From assembly GCA_001552015.1 (NCBI GenBank), contig CP010514.1, forward strand, positions 540,001 through 572,000: 32,000 bases of DNA, in the 5' to 3' direction. The position numbers and the translations under genes are program-made. Each line of letters starts with the position of its first letter. The stretch's first letter is position 1. The notes beneath the pieces are model-generated. The model did not search any database and was not told the origin of the DNA. It saw nothing but the letters and a program-made list of their open reading frames with translations. This DNA is from Candidatus Nanopusillus acidilobi. GTDB lineage: Archaea; Nanobdellota; Nanobdellia; Nanobdellales; Nanobdellaceae. Positions 17,262 to 27,954 of the stretch are shown here, piece by piece.

Positions 17262-17431
17262 AGATATGTATAGTATTTCATTATTATTTTATAAATCATG
17301 ATATAGCCAAAAAGAAAGAAAGTTAATAAATATGATAGATAAATGTAAAAAAGAGGAAAATAAGATAATTAAAGAAAAGTTTAAAGGAAAATTAATTATT
17401 CCAAAGTCAAAAAGTTATAAGATATTTTTAA

Positions 17432-18091
17432 CTATTTTTCCTCAATTAAAATTCCATCTAATGTATATACTTCATATTTTTCTATTCCTCTCGTAATCGG
17501 TCCCTGAAATTCTCCAACATCCCATAATCCTGCTAAATCAGAAAATGCAGGTAAAATTATAATTACCTTATTATCTTTATACCCAATTACAAAAACTTTT
17601 TCATATATACTTTCTCCAATACTTGTAGAAATACTTTTTGCAAAATGATGATGTCCAATAACATAATATTTTCCATTTAATTTTGTATTTAAATGCCCAT
17701 GTGTAAATACAACATTTTTTATTCTTAATGCCTTCAAAATTTTAACGTTATTTATTCCAGAAACTAATTCCTCAATATCACCATCATGATTTCCCTTTAT
17801 TATATATATTTTCTTGAAATATTGAGATATTTCATTTATAAAATATGGAATATCTGACATTTCTTGTAAACTTGTTTCAGGTATATTGTGTTTTAAATCT
17901 CCATCAATAATTAAATATTTTATTTTATATTTTTCATAAATTTTTCTTATTTTATTTATATAATAATTTACTTGAGAAGGAATATTTATTCCCTTTTTAT
18001 ATAATTCTCTTTCAATCCCTATATGTAGATCAGAAATAACTAAAATTTTATCAAAAAATATTAAACCCTCAGTTCCAGTAAATTTAAGCAT
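17432..18091 (-). CDS. Calcineurin-like metallophosphoesterase, archaeal SbcD-related type
   Basis: 219 aa; ILVISDLHIGIERELYKKGI, IDGDLKH, IIKGNHDGDIEEL, FTHGHL, VIGHHH. Confidence 0.88.
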   Translation of the reverse strand: MLKFTGTEGLIFFDKILVISDLHIGIERELYKKGINIPSQVNYYINKIRKIYEKYKIKYLIIDGDLKHNIPETSLQEMSDIPYFINEISQYFKKIYIIKGNHDGDIEELVSGINNVKILKALRIKNVVFTHGHLNTKLNGKYYVIGHHHFAKSISTSIGESIYEKVFVIGYKDNKVIIILPAFSDLAGLWDVGEFQGPITRGIEKYEVYTLDGILIEEK

Positions 18092-18428
18092 TAATTAAAA
18101 TACTCTTTATTTGGTTTATATCTTTTGCATTCTTTATTTTTTCCTTTATTTCTTTTACTTTATCTATATTATCGATCAATAAAACAATATCTCCTAAAGC
18201 TTGTCCAGGTATCCCTTTATTAAATCTAACCCTTAAATTACCTTTATTTCCATGTATATCAACAATCTTTCCAATAAAAATCTTCTTTCCAGGACTTACC
18301 CATATTACATGCTTTCCAATATATTTACTTGCCTCATATTTATTATTTATATTTTCAAATTTTACTATTACCTGATCTGGATATATATGATGCCTACCCA
18401 TCCTGTAATTTAATATTACTCCCTTCAT
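18084..18428 (-). CDS. rpl35ae: Ribosomal protein L35Ae
   Basis: 114 aa; GVILNYRMGRHHIYPDQVIVKFENI...GKHVIWVSPGKKIFIGKIVDIHGNKGNLRVRFNKGIPGQALGDIV. Confidence 0.88.
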   Translation of the reverse strand: MKGVILNYRMGRHHIYPDQVIVKFENINNKYEASKYIGKHVIWVSPGKKIFIGKIVDIHGNKGNLRVRFNKGIPGQALGDIVLLIDNIDKVKEIKEKIKNAKDINQIKSILINA

Positions 18429-18430
18429 CT

Positions 18431-20161
18431 CTATTTTGATATATAATAATCTTTAAATATTTTATTTAGCACACCAATAACATTACTATCTAGATAATTT
18501 AATCCATCTTTACTAATATCTTTAATCATTTCTTCCCTATATTTTGGATCATTAAATGTACCAATCTTATTCCCATTATAATCATATACATCAATTCCAT
18601 TTTCTGTTACTATATATAATTTGGATTTTGATAAATATAGATCATAATTTTTATTTTTTTCTTTATCTATTATAGAATACTTAAATCTCAATAGCATTTC
18701 TTCCCTCTTATTTTCAATTAAATTTCTTATATTTCTAATATGATATAGCAAAGATTCTTTTAATTTTTCCAATTCAATTATATCATATTTCTTTTCCTTA
18801 TAATTCTTAATATCATTTTCTAAATTTTCTAATCCACTATATTCTATTGGCATTCTTTCTTTTACATAATTGTTATATTCAATATTAAATAAATCCTGGA
18901 ACTTTGTTTTTAATTCTTCATAAATTAATATATAATTATCTATCATCTTCTTTTCATTTTCTTTATCAATAATTTGTTTTATATTTTTCATTTCAGATAT
19001 AAATTTCTCAGCTTTTTCAAATACATTCATTAAATCTTCATATTTATATTCATTTACCTTGCCATGTTCAAAATCTTTTCTCATTTTCCATACTTCAGAT
19101 AATATATTTACGTATTCAATATTCAATATTCCTTTATCTACAAATAATTTTTTTAACATATCAGGAGTTTCTTTTGGATCTCCAGGTAATAAACCATAAT
19201 CCATTATTACTGCCTGAGCAGAAGTAACCAATGCAACTGCCAAATCTTCAACTATCAAATTATTTATTATATTTTTTAATTTATTTTTAGCTTCTTTTAA
19301 TGCATTCTCTGCAGCAGTTATATACTTATCAGCAGCTTCCTGTGATGGTTTTAAAATTCCTTTCAATAATAATTGCTTCCATGCAATAAACATTCCTCTA
19401 TCATATAAAGGTATTCCATCTCTTAAGAATGTAATTATTACTGGATTTGATTCTGACATTGCTAACCAAAATTCTGTCAAAGTATAAACTTGTGGATGTA
19501 ATTCTTTATTAGAATTTACCAATATTTTTGCCTCCATTGCCTTATTTATTATTAAATCCATTAATTTTATTTTTAATTCTTCAAATGTATGTTGTTTAAC
19601 ATCTGTATCATCAATTACAACATATATATCTACATCGGAAGATTCAACACTACTTCCTTTTACTTGAGAACCCGCTAAAACATATGCAACAACATATCTT
19701 TGTAATATATCAATTATTAATTTTTTATGAACGCTTGTTAACCTAAATATTTCAAATATTCCTTTATCATATATTACATTCCCAATTGTTAATAAATCTA
19801 ATAGTTCAAATCTTGAATCCATTGCAATATTTTTTATATCTTCAATTAATAAAACATGTAACCATATATCTATTTTTTCATTTTTTATTTTCTGTAAATA
19901 TTTTTCTAGAAAAGATGCCTTCAATTTTATTTTTTCCTCTGGATTTAAATCAAAATCTGATAAAATTATTATCCAATGCTTATAAACTTCTATCTCTCTT
20001 TTATATTTTTCAAGCAAGTCCTCACTTGACATTATGGAACTATAATAAGTTAATTCTTTCAATAAATTCGTTATATTCTCATTCTTTTCTTTAAATTCCA
20101 TTATTCCAATTACTCTATCTTTATACTCACTATTAAGTATATCATCCTTAAGATCTGCCAT
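18431..20161 (-). CDS. Fused nucleotidyltransferase (MNT-like) and HEPN-like protein
   Basis: 576 aa; LAGSQVKGSSVESSDVDIYVVID (GSx...SDxD), then helical region with KMRKDFEHGK (R-x4-H). Confidence 0.72.
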   Translation of the reverse strand: MADLKDDILNSEYKDRVIGIMEFKEKNENITNLLKELTYYSSIMSSEDLLEKYKREIEVYKHWIIILSDFDLNPEEKIKLKASFLEKYLQKIKNEKIDIWLHVLLIEDIKNIAMDSRFELLDLLTIGNVIYDKGIFEIFRLTSVHKKLIIDILQRYVVAYVLAGSQVKGSSVESSDVDIYVVIDDTDVKQHTFEELKIKLMDLIINKAMEAKILVNSNKELHPQVYTLTEFWLAMSESNPVIITFLRDGIPLYDRGMFIAWKQLLLKGILKPSQEAADKYITAAENALKEAKNKLKNIINNLIVEDLAVALVTSAQAVIMDYGLLPGDPKETPDMLKKLFVDKGILNIEYVNILSEVWKMRKDFEHGKVNEYKYEDLMNVFEKAEKFISEMKNIKQIIDKENEKKMIDNYILIYEELKTKFQDLFNIEYNNYVKERMPIEYSGLENLENDIKNYKEKKYDIIELEKLKESLLYHIRNIRNLIENKREEMLLRFKYSIIDKEKNKNYDLYLSKSKLYIVTENGIDVYDYNGNKIGTFNDPKYREEMIKDISKDGLNYLDSNVIGVLNKIFKDYYISK

Positions 20162-20185
20162 AAAATAATTTTTTGAAATATTTAT

Positions 20186-20701
20186 TTATATTCTTTTTTC
20201 AAACCATTGATTCAATGATTTATAATCTACATCTTTTTTAATTTCTTCTTTTTCTTCCTTTTTTTCAGAATTTAAATAATTTTGACTCATTTTTATTAAT
20301 TCATTAGTTATATAATTTTTTAATTCTTCTAAAAAAGATGGATCTTCTTTAAATCTATTGAAATATATTTTAATATTGTCGTCTTTAAATCTTGGTATAA
20401 CTTGAATAGTAATATGTTTATATTTTTGACCAGTTTCCCCAGAAGATAATAAAATATTTAATCCATCAAATTTCAATTTATTTTTTAATATTATCGATAT
20501 ATATTTTGAAATTGTAAACATTTTTTGATTTATTTCATCATTTAAACTTGTATAATCTTCTATATGTAATTTTGGAAATATTAAAAAAGACCCCTTTGAA
20601 GGTGGCAAAATATCTAATACACATATTATATCATTATCTTCATACAAAATATAAGAAGGTATTGTTTTATTTGCAATTTTACAATATACACAATCGTCCA
20701 T
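20186..20701 (-). CDS. HIT-family protein with degenerate active-site motif
   Basis: 171 aa; CVYCKIANKTIPSYILYEDNDIICVLDILPPSKGSFLIFPK; motif HITIQVIPR instead of HxHxHxxPR. Confidence 0.8.
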   Translation of the reverse strand: MDDCVYCKIANKTIPSYILYEDNDIICVLDILPPSKGSFLIFPKLHIEDYTSLNDEINQKMFTISKYISIILKNKLKFDGLNILLSSGETGQKYKHITIQVIPRFKDDNIKIYFNRFKEDPSFLEELKNYITNELIKMSQNYLNSEKKEEKEEIKKDVDYKSLNQWFEKRI

Positions 20702-20737
20702 AAAAAATTATTAAATCTTGATAGTTATTAATCTTTT

Positions 20738-21718
20738 ATGACAATTTACTTAATAATTATCATATCAACTCTTATACCTTTACTTATATATGCTTTTCTA
20801 ATATATTTATCTGAAAACATTATATTAAAATACATTGGAAAATATTCAAAATACTATTCCTCATGGCCAGAACATTATTTATTAATATATACAGCAGGAA
20901 TGGCTTCTGCTTTACAATCATTTTTACCAGGTTTAGTAGTAGCATTAAATGGAGACCCAAAACTAGGATATTATTTTCAATTATATAATGTAGTATTAGA
21001 TTATACAATTACTTTAGGTACTTTTATATTAGCATTTAATTTTGATAAGGGAATACTTGACAGCAATGTACTTTCTTTAATTATGATTTCAATAATAGCA
21101 CAAGTTATTGCATTAATTTTTAAACAAATAAATTTCTTTTCTGGATCTATTTTATACCTTATATTTATTATAATTTCCATATTTTTATTGTATAAATATA
21201 GAAAAAAAGGCGAAAAAAATATATATATACCAAAAAGTTCATCTTATGAATATTTTAAGGCAATGGTTTTTTCTTTAGAAATTGCTCTAGCAGTATCAAT
21301 AATATATGTTGGTGGAAATATATTGAATAATATTGCAAATACTTTGCAAGGATTAAATTTATCTATACCATTAGTTGGTTATGCAATATCAATAATTTTA
21401 TTTACATTACCAGATATAATATATGGTCATTTTTCTTGGTTTAAAAAGAAGGATCTTAATATTAGTATATCATCAATATCAGGAGAAGAAATAACAGAAT
21501 TTACAATATTTACCGGAATTCTTGGAATGATATCCCCAATAAAATTTTCTAGTCAAGATGTTATACCAATTATTTCATCATTTTTAGTTTTATTAATTTC
21601 TGTCATAATTTTATATATATCTTCATATAAAAAAAGAATACCAAGATGGGTTGGAATTTTATTAATTTCTTTGGGTCTTATACTTGGATTTATAGATGGA
21701 ATAGCAAATCTATCATAA
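20738..21718 (+). CDS. Multipass membrane protein, possibly divergent cation/Ca2+ exchanger-like
   Basis: 326 aa, about ten hydrophobic helices; SWPEHYLLIY...LP...GDPKLGYYFQLYNVV and GEEITEFTIFTGILGM are weakly reminiscent of alpha repeats. Confidence 0.35.
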   Translation: MTIYLIIIISTLIPLLIYAFLIYLSENIILKYIGKYSKYYSSWPEHYLLIYTAGMASALQSFLPGLVVALNGDPKLGYYFQLYNVVLDYTITLGTFILAFNFDKGILDSNVLSLIMISIIAQVIALIFKQINFFSGSILYLIFIIISIFLLYKYRKKGEKNIYIPKSSSYEYFKAMVFSLEIALAVSIIYVGGNILNNIANTLQGLNLSIPLVGYAISIILFTLPDIIYGHFSWFKKKDLNISISSISGEEITEFTIFTGILGMISPIKFSSQDVIPIISSFLVLLISVIILYISSYKKRIPRWVGILLISLGLILGFIDGIANLS

Positions 21719-21750
21719 TTTAAAAATATTATTATCATTTATTATTTTGA

Positions 21751-21867
21751 ATGAGGAGAAGTTCAAGAAGATGGAAAAAATACTTAAGATCTAGATGGAA
21801 ATGGCAGAGAAGAAGAATTAGAGAAGAAAAAAGACTAAGAAAAATAGCTAGAATGAGAGCTTTATAA
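21751..21867 (+). CDS. Very basic 38-aa protein, possible ribosomal protein L41e; absent from ORF track
   Basis: MRRSSRRWKKYLRSRWKWQRRRIREEKRLRKIARMRAL*; C-terminal part aligns by eye with archaeal/eukaryotic L41e ([21 protein letters not shown]...). Confidence 0.45.
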   Translation: MRRSSRRWKKYLRSRWKWQRRRIREEKRLRKIARMRAL

Positions 21868-21873
21868 ATATTA

Positions 21874-21892
21874 AGATTTTTAAAATATTATA
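21874..21892 (+). promoter_or_regulatory. Probable TATA region of 16S rRNA promoter
   Basis: AT-rich TTTTTAAAATATTATAG, about 25-35 nt upstream of the inverted repeat that starts at 21911. Confidence 0.45.
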
Positions 21893-21910
21893 GTAATATT
21901 GTGTTGTATA

Positions 21911-21945
21911 GCCATGTACATCATATGGTATATGATGTACATGGC
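21911..21945. repeat. Perfect 16-bp inverted repeat with 3-nt loop
   Basis: GCCATGTACATCATAT-GGT-ATATGATGTACATGGC. Confidence 0.98.
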
Positions 21946-21968
21946 ACATATGTAGAGATTATCTGAAA

Positions 21969-21988
21969 GGGGATAACTGCAGCGGAAT
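21969..21988 (+). other. 5' arm of pre-16S processing stem
   Basis: GGGGAU-AAC-UGCAGCGGAAU pairs with AUUCCGCUGCA-AUCCCC at 23527-23543. Confidence 0.85.
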
Positions 21989-22033
21989 CTGCGGCCGTAC
22001 TTTTCGGGCTAGGCCCGCGGCGGAATCCGCCGA

Positions 22034-23520
<1,487 letters not shown>

Positions 23521-23526
23521 TAGTTA

Positions 23527-23543
23527 ATTCCGCTGCAATCCCC
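23527..23543 (+). other. 3' arm of pre-16S processing stem
   Basis: ATTCCGCTGCAATCCCC complementary to 21969-21988 with only AAC bulged. Confidence 0.85.
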
Positions 23544-23572
23544 AAATAAAATTTTCTTATATTATAAAAATA

Positions 23573-24781
23573 ATGTTTGAAATAAAACATAGAGATGGAG
23601 CTGGAAGAATAGGAATTATTAGATATAAAAATAAAAAATTAGAGACACCTCTACTTTTACCAGTTATAAATCCATATAAAAATATTTTACCAATAGATAT
23701 AATAAAAAAATATAGAATTAATGCAATAATTACAAATTCATATATTTTATATAGAAAAAAATTTGATGGAGATATACATAAATTCCTAAATTTTGATGGA
23801 ATTATTGAAACAGATTCTGGATCATATCAAATGTTACATTATAAAAAAGATTTAGAAATAACAAACAGAGAAATCATTGAATATCAAATAAGAATAAACT
23901 CTGATATATTAAACGTTCTAGACATACCTACAGATATTGATAAATCAAAAGAAGAAGCTGAAAAAGAATTAAATATTACAATTGAAAGAATAAGAGAAGG
24001 AATAGAATTAAAAGAAGATAAATTAATTAATGGAGCAATACAAGGTGGAATATATGTTGATTTAAGAAGAAAAGCTGCTGAATATGTAAAAAATTTAAAC
24101 GTAGATATATTTGCAATTGGTACTATTGTTCCATATATGATAAACTATAATTTTTACAAATTATTAGAATTAGCAATTGAACCAAAGATTTTATTACCAT
24201 TTAATAAACCTATTCATTTATTTGGAATGGGTCATACATTAATAATTCCACTATCAATATATTTAGGTTTTGATATATTTGATTCAGCTTCATATATATT
24301 ATTTGCTAAGGATAAGAGAATATTAACACCATATGGTACATTTAGATATGATGAAATAAAGGACTTTTATATTGAAACAAAAAACAATATATATCATATA
24401 GAAGAAATAAAAGATTATAGTAATGAAGAATTAATAAGAATATTAGCTGAACATAATTTATATAGTTTAATTAAAGAAATTGAAATTACAAAAGATGCGA
24501 TAAAGAATGAATATTTAACAGATTTAATATTAATTAAATCACATACCCACTATTCATTATATAAAGCAACAAAATTAATTTTAGAGAAATATTATAATTA
24601 TTTAAAATCTTTAGAACCAATAAGAAAAAGATCTGGAATATTTTATGGAGGGGAATTAAATGAAATTAGAGTAGATGTTAAAAGAGCATTAGAAAGAATA
24701 AATGAAAGGGTTGATAAAAGGGATATTGAAGATATATTTGATTATGTATATCCATTTAATTCATTTAAAAATGTAAAATGA
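23573..24781 (+). CDS. tgtA: Archaeosine tRNA-guanine transglycosylase catalytic subunit, short form
   Basis: 402 aa; TPLLLPVINPYKN, DGIIETDSGSYQML, IPTDIDKSKEEAEKELNITIERIREGI, NGAIQGGIYVDLRRKAAEYV, PIHLFGMGHTLIIPLSIYLGFDIFDSASYILFAKDKRILTPYGT. Confidence 0.9.
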   Translation: MFEIKHRDGAGRIGIIRYKNKKLETPLLLPVINPYKNILPIDIIKKYRINAIITNSYILYRKKFDGDIHKFLNFDGIIETDSGSYQMLHYKKDLEITNREIIEYQIRINSDILNVLDIPTDIDKSKEEAEKELNITIERIREGIELKEDKLINGAIQGGIYVDLRRKAAEYVKNLNVDIFAIGTIVPYMINYNFYKLLELAIEPKILLPFNKPIHLFGMGHTLIIPLSIYLGFDIFDSASYILFAKDKRILTPYGTFRYDEIKDFYIETKNNIYHIEEIKDYSNEELIRILAEHNLYSLIKEIEITKDAIKNEYLTDLILIKSHTHYSLYKATKLILEKYYNYLKSLEPIRKRSGIFYGGELNEIRVDVKRALERINERVDKRDIEDIFDYVYPFNSFKNVK

Positions 24782-25275
24782 ATATATATGAAAAATTAAC
24801 AAAAAGAGAAATTAGAAATTCAAAAAAATTCAAAAGAAATTCAAACATAAATATAATTGCATTAGAATCAAATACAAAAGATTTTGTCTTGGATATAATA
24901 GAAAAAATAGATAGAAAATACAATATGGGATTTAAAATTAATTTAAATATATATAAAAAAATTGAAGAAATTGAAATAAAAGAAAACTCAATATTAATAT
25001 TGCCAATAGAAGGTGTATTTTTATCTTTTTTATTATATAATTATAAAAAAGAGGAAAAATATAAATATTTAATACAAAAGAAGAATAAATATTTTTATAA
25101 TATTGGATATAATATTTCAGAATACTATATATCAAAATATCTAAATAAAGAACCCTATATATTTACAAATTATAAAGATATGCTAAATTTTATATATGAA
25201 ATAATCTCTATGAAAGAAAAATATGTCTTTGGAATAAAAAATATCTTGGACTACCTTTCAAAATATTATTTATAA
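24778..25275 (+). CDS. Hypothetical protein coupled to tgtA
   Basis: 165 aa, ATGA overlap with tgtA stop. Confidence 0.65.
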   Translation: MNIYEKLTKREIRNSKKFKRNSNINIIALESNTKDFVLDIIEKIDRKYNMGFKINLNIYKKIEEIEIKENSILILPIEGVFLSFLLYNYKKEEKYKYLIQKKNKYFYNIGYNISEYYISKYLNKEPYIFTNYKDMLNFIYEIISMKEKYVFGIKNILDYLSKYYL

Positions 25276-25298
25276 AAATTATACATTAAATATAAATA

Positions 25299-25709
25299 AT
25301 GCCAGAATTCATGATTAGAGGATATACATTGGATCAATTAAAAAGCATGAGTATTGAAGAATTTGCACAAAAAGTTGCAGATAGTAGAGTAAAAAGAACA
25401 TTATTAAGAAGATTAAAAATTGGATTTCCACCAGAATGGGAAAATTTCTATAGAAAATGTTATTTACAATTACAAGGAAAATATAATAAAACAGTAAAAA
25501 CACATTCAAGGGAAATTATTATATTACCTTCAATTGTTGGTGCAAAAGTTGGAGTATATAGTGGAAAAGAATTTGTTGAATTCGAAATAAAACCAGAAAT
25601 GATAGGAAGAAGACTGGGAGACTTTGTTCATTCAACAAAGAAAGTTCAACACTCTGCGCCAGGTATCGGAGCTTCTAAATCTTCTAAGTTTATGAAAGCA
25701 AAGAAATAG
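25299..25709 (+). CDS. rps19: Ribosomal protein S19 (uS19)
   Basis: 136 aa; TLLRRLKIGFPPEWENFYRKC, VKTHSREIIILPSIVGAKVGVYSGKEFVEFEIKPEMIGRRLGDFVHSTKKVQHSAPGIGASKSSKF. Confidence 0.97.
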   Translation: MPEFMIRGYTLDQLKSMSIEEFAQKVADSRVKRTLLRRLKIGFPPEWENFYRKCYLQLQGKYNKTVKTHSREIIILPSIVGAKVGVYSGKEFVEFEIKPEMIGRRLGDFVHSTKKVQHSAPGIGASKSSKFMKAKK

Positions 25710-25711
25710 TT

Positions 25712-26536
25712 TTACATATTTATATTTATTAAAAACATACCTTTTGGAACAAATGGAAGTACAATATTAAATAATATTATAACCATAAATAGAAATATTG
25801 CTACATATTTTGCTCCAGCTTTATATGAATCATCATACATCTTTCCCATAGACAATCCAGCAAAAACTGCCTGAATTATTGACATATAATACATTAGATC
25901 ATTAATAAAATTAAAATTAACATTCGATACTTGTCCAGGTAATGAAATTTGTAAGAATGGTAATAAAAATACTTGAAATGTAAATACTATACCTAAGAAA
26001 AAGGCAAATACAATATATGAATGAATTATATTTTCATGTATTTCCGCCTTTTTATCTTCTTTTATTTTTCTAATCTCCATTATACTATTTATAATTGCTT
26101 CCAAACCTTGTTCAAGATTTCCTCCTTCTTTATATATATCTATTAAAGATTGTATTGTTCTCTTAATCATTCTATTATTACTTTCCTCCGCAAATTGCGT
26201 AAATGAATCTTCAATACTTACACCCCAATCAATTCTTGAGGATAAATTTTTTATCAATTCATTAATTCTTCCATAATCATTTTTTTCCAATTGTTTTAAT
26301 GCAATTGGTAGTGATAATCCAGATTTCAATAATCCAATTAAATCAATTGAAAATCTAATAAATTGTTCCTCTTTTTCTTTTTCTATATTATTAACAATTG
26401 TTTGATAAATTAAATAAGGAAATATACCAACTATTATCCCAGTTACAATTGAATTTAAAATGCCAAAATTAAATACAAAATAAAATAGAAATACAAGAAT
26501 TATTATAATAAATATATCAATTATTTCTTCCTTCAT
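25712..26536 (-). CDS. Type II secretion system F family membrane protein
   Basis: 274 aa; IDLIGLLKSGLSLPIALKQLEKNDYG..., PLQALINSIMEIRKIK-like helical region (LEQGLEAIINSIMEIRKIKEDKKAEIHENIIHSYIVFAFFLGIVFTFQVFLL). Confidence 0.78.
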   Translation of the reverse strand: MKEEIIDIFIIIILVFLFYFVFNFGILNSIVTGIIVGIFPYLIYQTIVNNIEKEKEEQFIRFSIDLIGLLKSGLSLPIALKQLEKNDYGRINELIKNLSSRIDWGVSIEDSFTQFAEESNNRMIKRTIQSLIDIYKEGGNLEQGLEAIINSIMEIRKIKEDKKAEIHENIIHSYIVFAFFLGIVFTFQVFLLPFLQISLPGQVSNVNFNFINDLMYYMSIIQAVFAGLSMGKMYDDSYKAGAKYVAIFLFMVIILFNIVLPFVPKGMFLININM

Positions 26537-27912
26537 TCTTTTGTTAATTTATCAAATAGAATTATAAAGCCAATATTAATAACAGGTAATCCTATATATG
26601 TAATTATTTCTAATATTCCCTGAATATTTATATTGTATGTTTGCTGTAATATTGATAATAACATTACTCCAACAGATATTATTATCATTGGAATTGTTAA
26701 TACCATTCCAACATATAGATCGGAAAATGTCTTCATTACCTGATTAATTTTCTTTAAAAAAGAATTATATCTAATCATTTCTTGTTGAGAGTATAATATT
26801 AGAAATTCTGATATCTTTCTTCCAGATGTAATTGTTAATATTAGTTCTTCCAGAAAATCTTTTAGATCTTTTGATAATGTATCATCAGCAACAGATCTTA
26901 ATGATTCTACCAATCCTTCTCCCAAATTTATTTTATCATATATTTTTTTAAATTCTTTTGATAAATATCCGTATTCTTCAGTTTCACTTATTATTTTTAT
27001 TATATACTTTACTTCTATCCCAGCATCTGCTAATGATGCCATATGTATTATAGCAAATGGCAAATTTCTATTTATATCTTCTATAATACTCTGTTTTTTA
27101 TAATTGAAATATAAAACAAGTAATCCTATCACAGATAAAAAAGATAATACACCATAGATTAAATAGAAAATATTTAGAAGATATAATGAAATAAAGATTG
27201 AAATAATAATAATAATTGATAAGAATAATAATATAACAGATAATAATTCATCAGGTTCTATATTATAATACGCTTCCTTTAATGAGTATTTTAAATAGAA
27301 ATATAATCTTGGACTATTATTTAAAATTCTTCTAGATAAACCTCCAAATACTTTATATGAAAATCTAATTAACATATCCTTAATTTCTTGATAATAATCT
27401 ATTCTATGCTCTTCAGTTAATTTTAATTTAACTTTTTGTTTTTTCTTTTTTTCTTCCCTTTTTCTAAATAATATACTTGATGCTTCAATAAATCTTTTAC
27501 CAATCTTTATTTCTTCTTTCTTAAATATTTCTGGATAAACTTGATTAATATAATTTATTGTATCATTTATCTTCATTTGATAATATTGAATATTTTTATT
27601 TTCTTCTTCACTTTTTTCTTCTATATTCTTTAGAAATTCTATTACTTTTTGACTATTATTAATTAAATTAATTAAATCATATAATATTAAATATTTTGAT
27701 CTTTCTAAATATTTTATTTTCTTTTCAATTATTGTTATCCTTCTTTTATATTCTTTTTCATCAAAATATCCATCTAAATATAATTTACGAAAATACTTCT
27801 TCATTTCTTCATTTCTCTTTATTTCTTTTACAATATTTTTTAATTTATTAACATATCTTTCTATTTCTTCTATATCCCTTTCCAAGTTTATTAGAACATT
27901 TTTATTAATCAT
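26533..27912 (-). CDS. Type II secretion system F family membrane protein with N-terminal coiled coil
   Basis: 459 aa; NLPFAIIHMASLADAGIEVKYIIKIISETEEYGYLSKEFKKIYDKINLGEGLVESLRSVADDTLSKDLKDFLEELILTITSGRKISEFL. Confidence 0.82.
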   Translation of the reverse strand: MINKNVLINLERDIEEIERYVNKLKNIVKEIKRNEEMKKYFRKLYLDGYFDEKEYKRRITIIEKKIKYLERSKYLILYDLINLINNSQKVIEFLKNIEEKSEEENKNIQYYQMKINDTINYINQVYPEIFKKEEIKIGKRFIEASSILFRKREEKKKKQKVKLKLTEEHRIDYYQEIKDMLIRFSYKVFGGLSRRILNNSPRLYFYLKYSLKEAYYNIEPDELLSVILLFLSIIIIISIFISLYLLNIFYLIYGVLSFLSVIGLLVLYFNYKKQSIIEDINRNLPFAIIHMASLADAGIEVKYIIKIISETEEYGYLSKEFKKIYDKINLGEGLVESLRSVADDTLSKDLKDFLEELILTITSGRKISEFLILYSQQEMIRYNSFLKKINQVMKTFSDLYVGMVLTIPMIIISVGVMLLSILQQTYNINIQGILEIITYIGLPVINIGFIILFDKLTKE

Positions 27913-27954
27913 TATGAATAGTTTATATATTCTGGAGTATATTAATCTTTTATC

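Noticed and set aside
22018-22033. Short hairpin CGGCGG-AAU-CCGCCG just before the 16S 5' end
   Set aside because: Real but short and typical of GC-rich 5' leader structure; not treated as a separate system.
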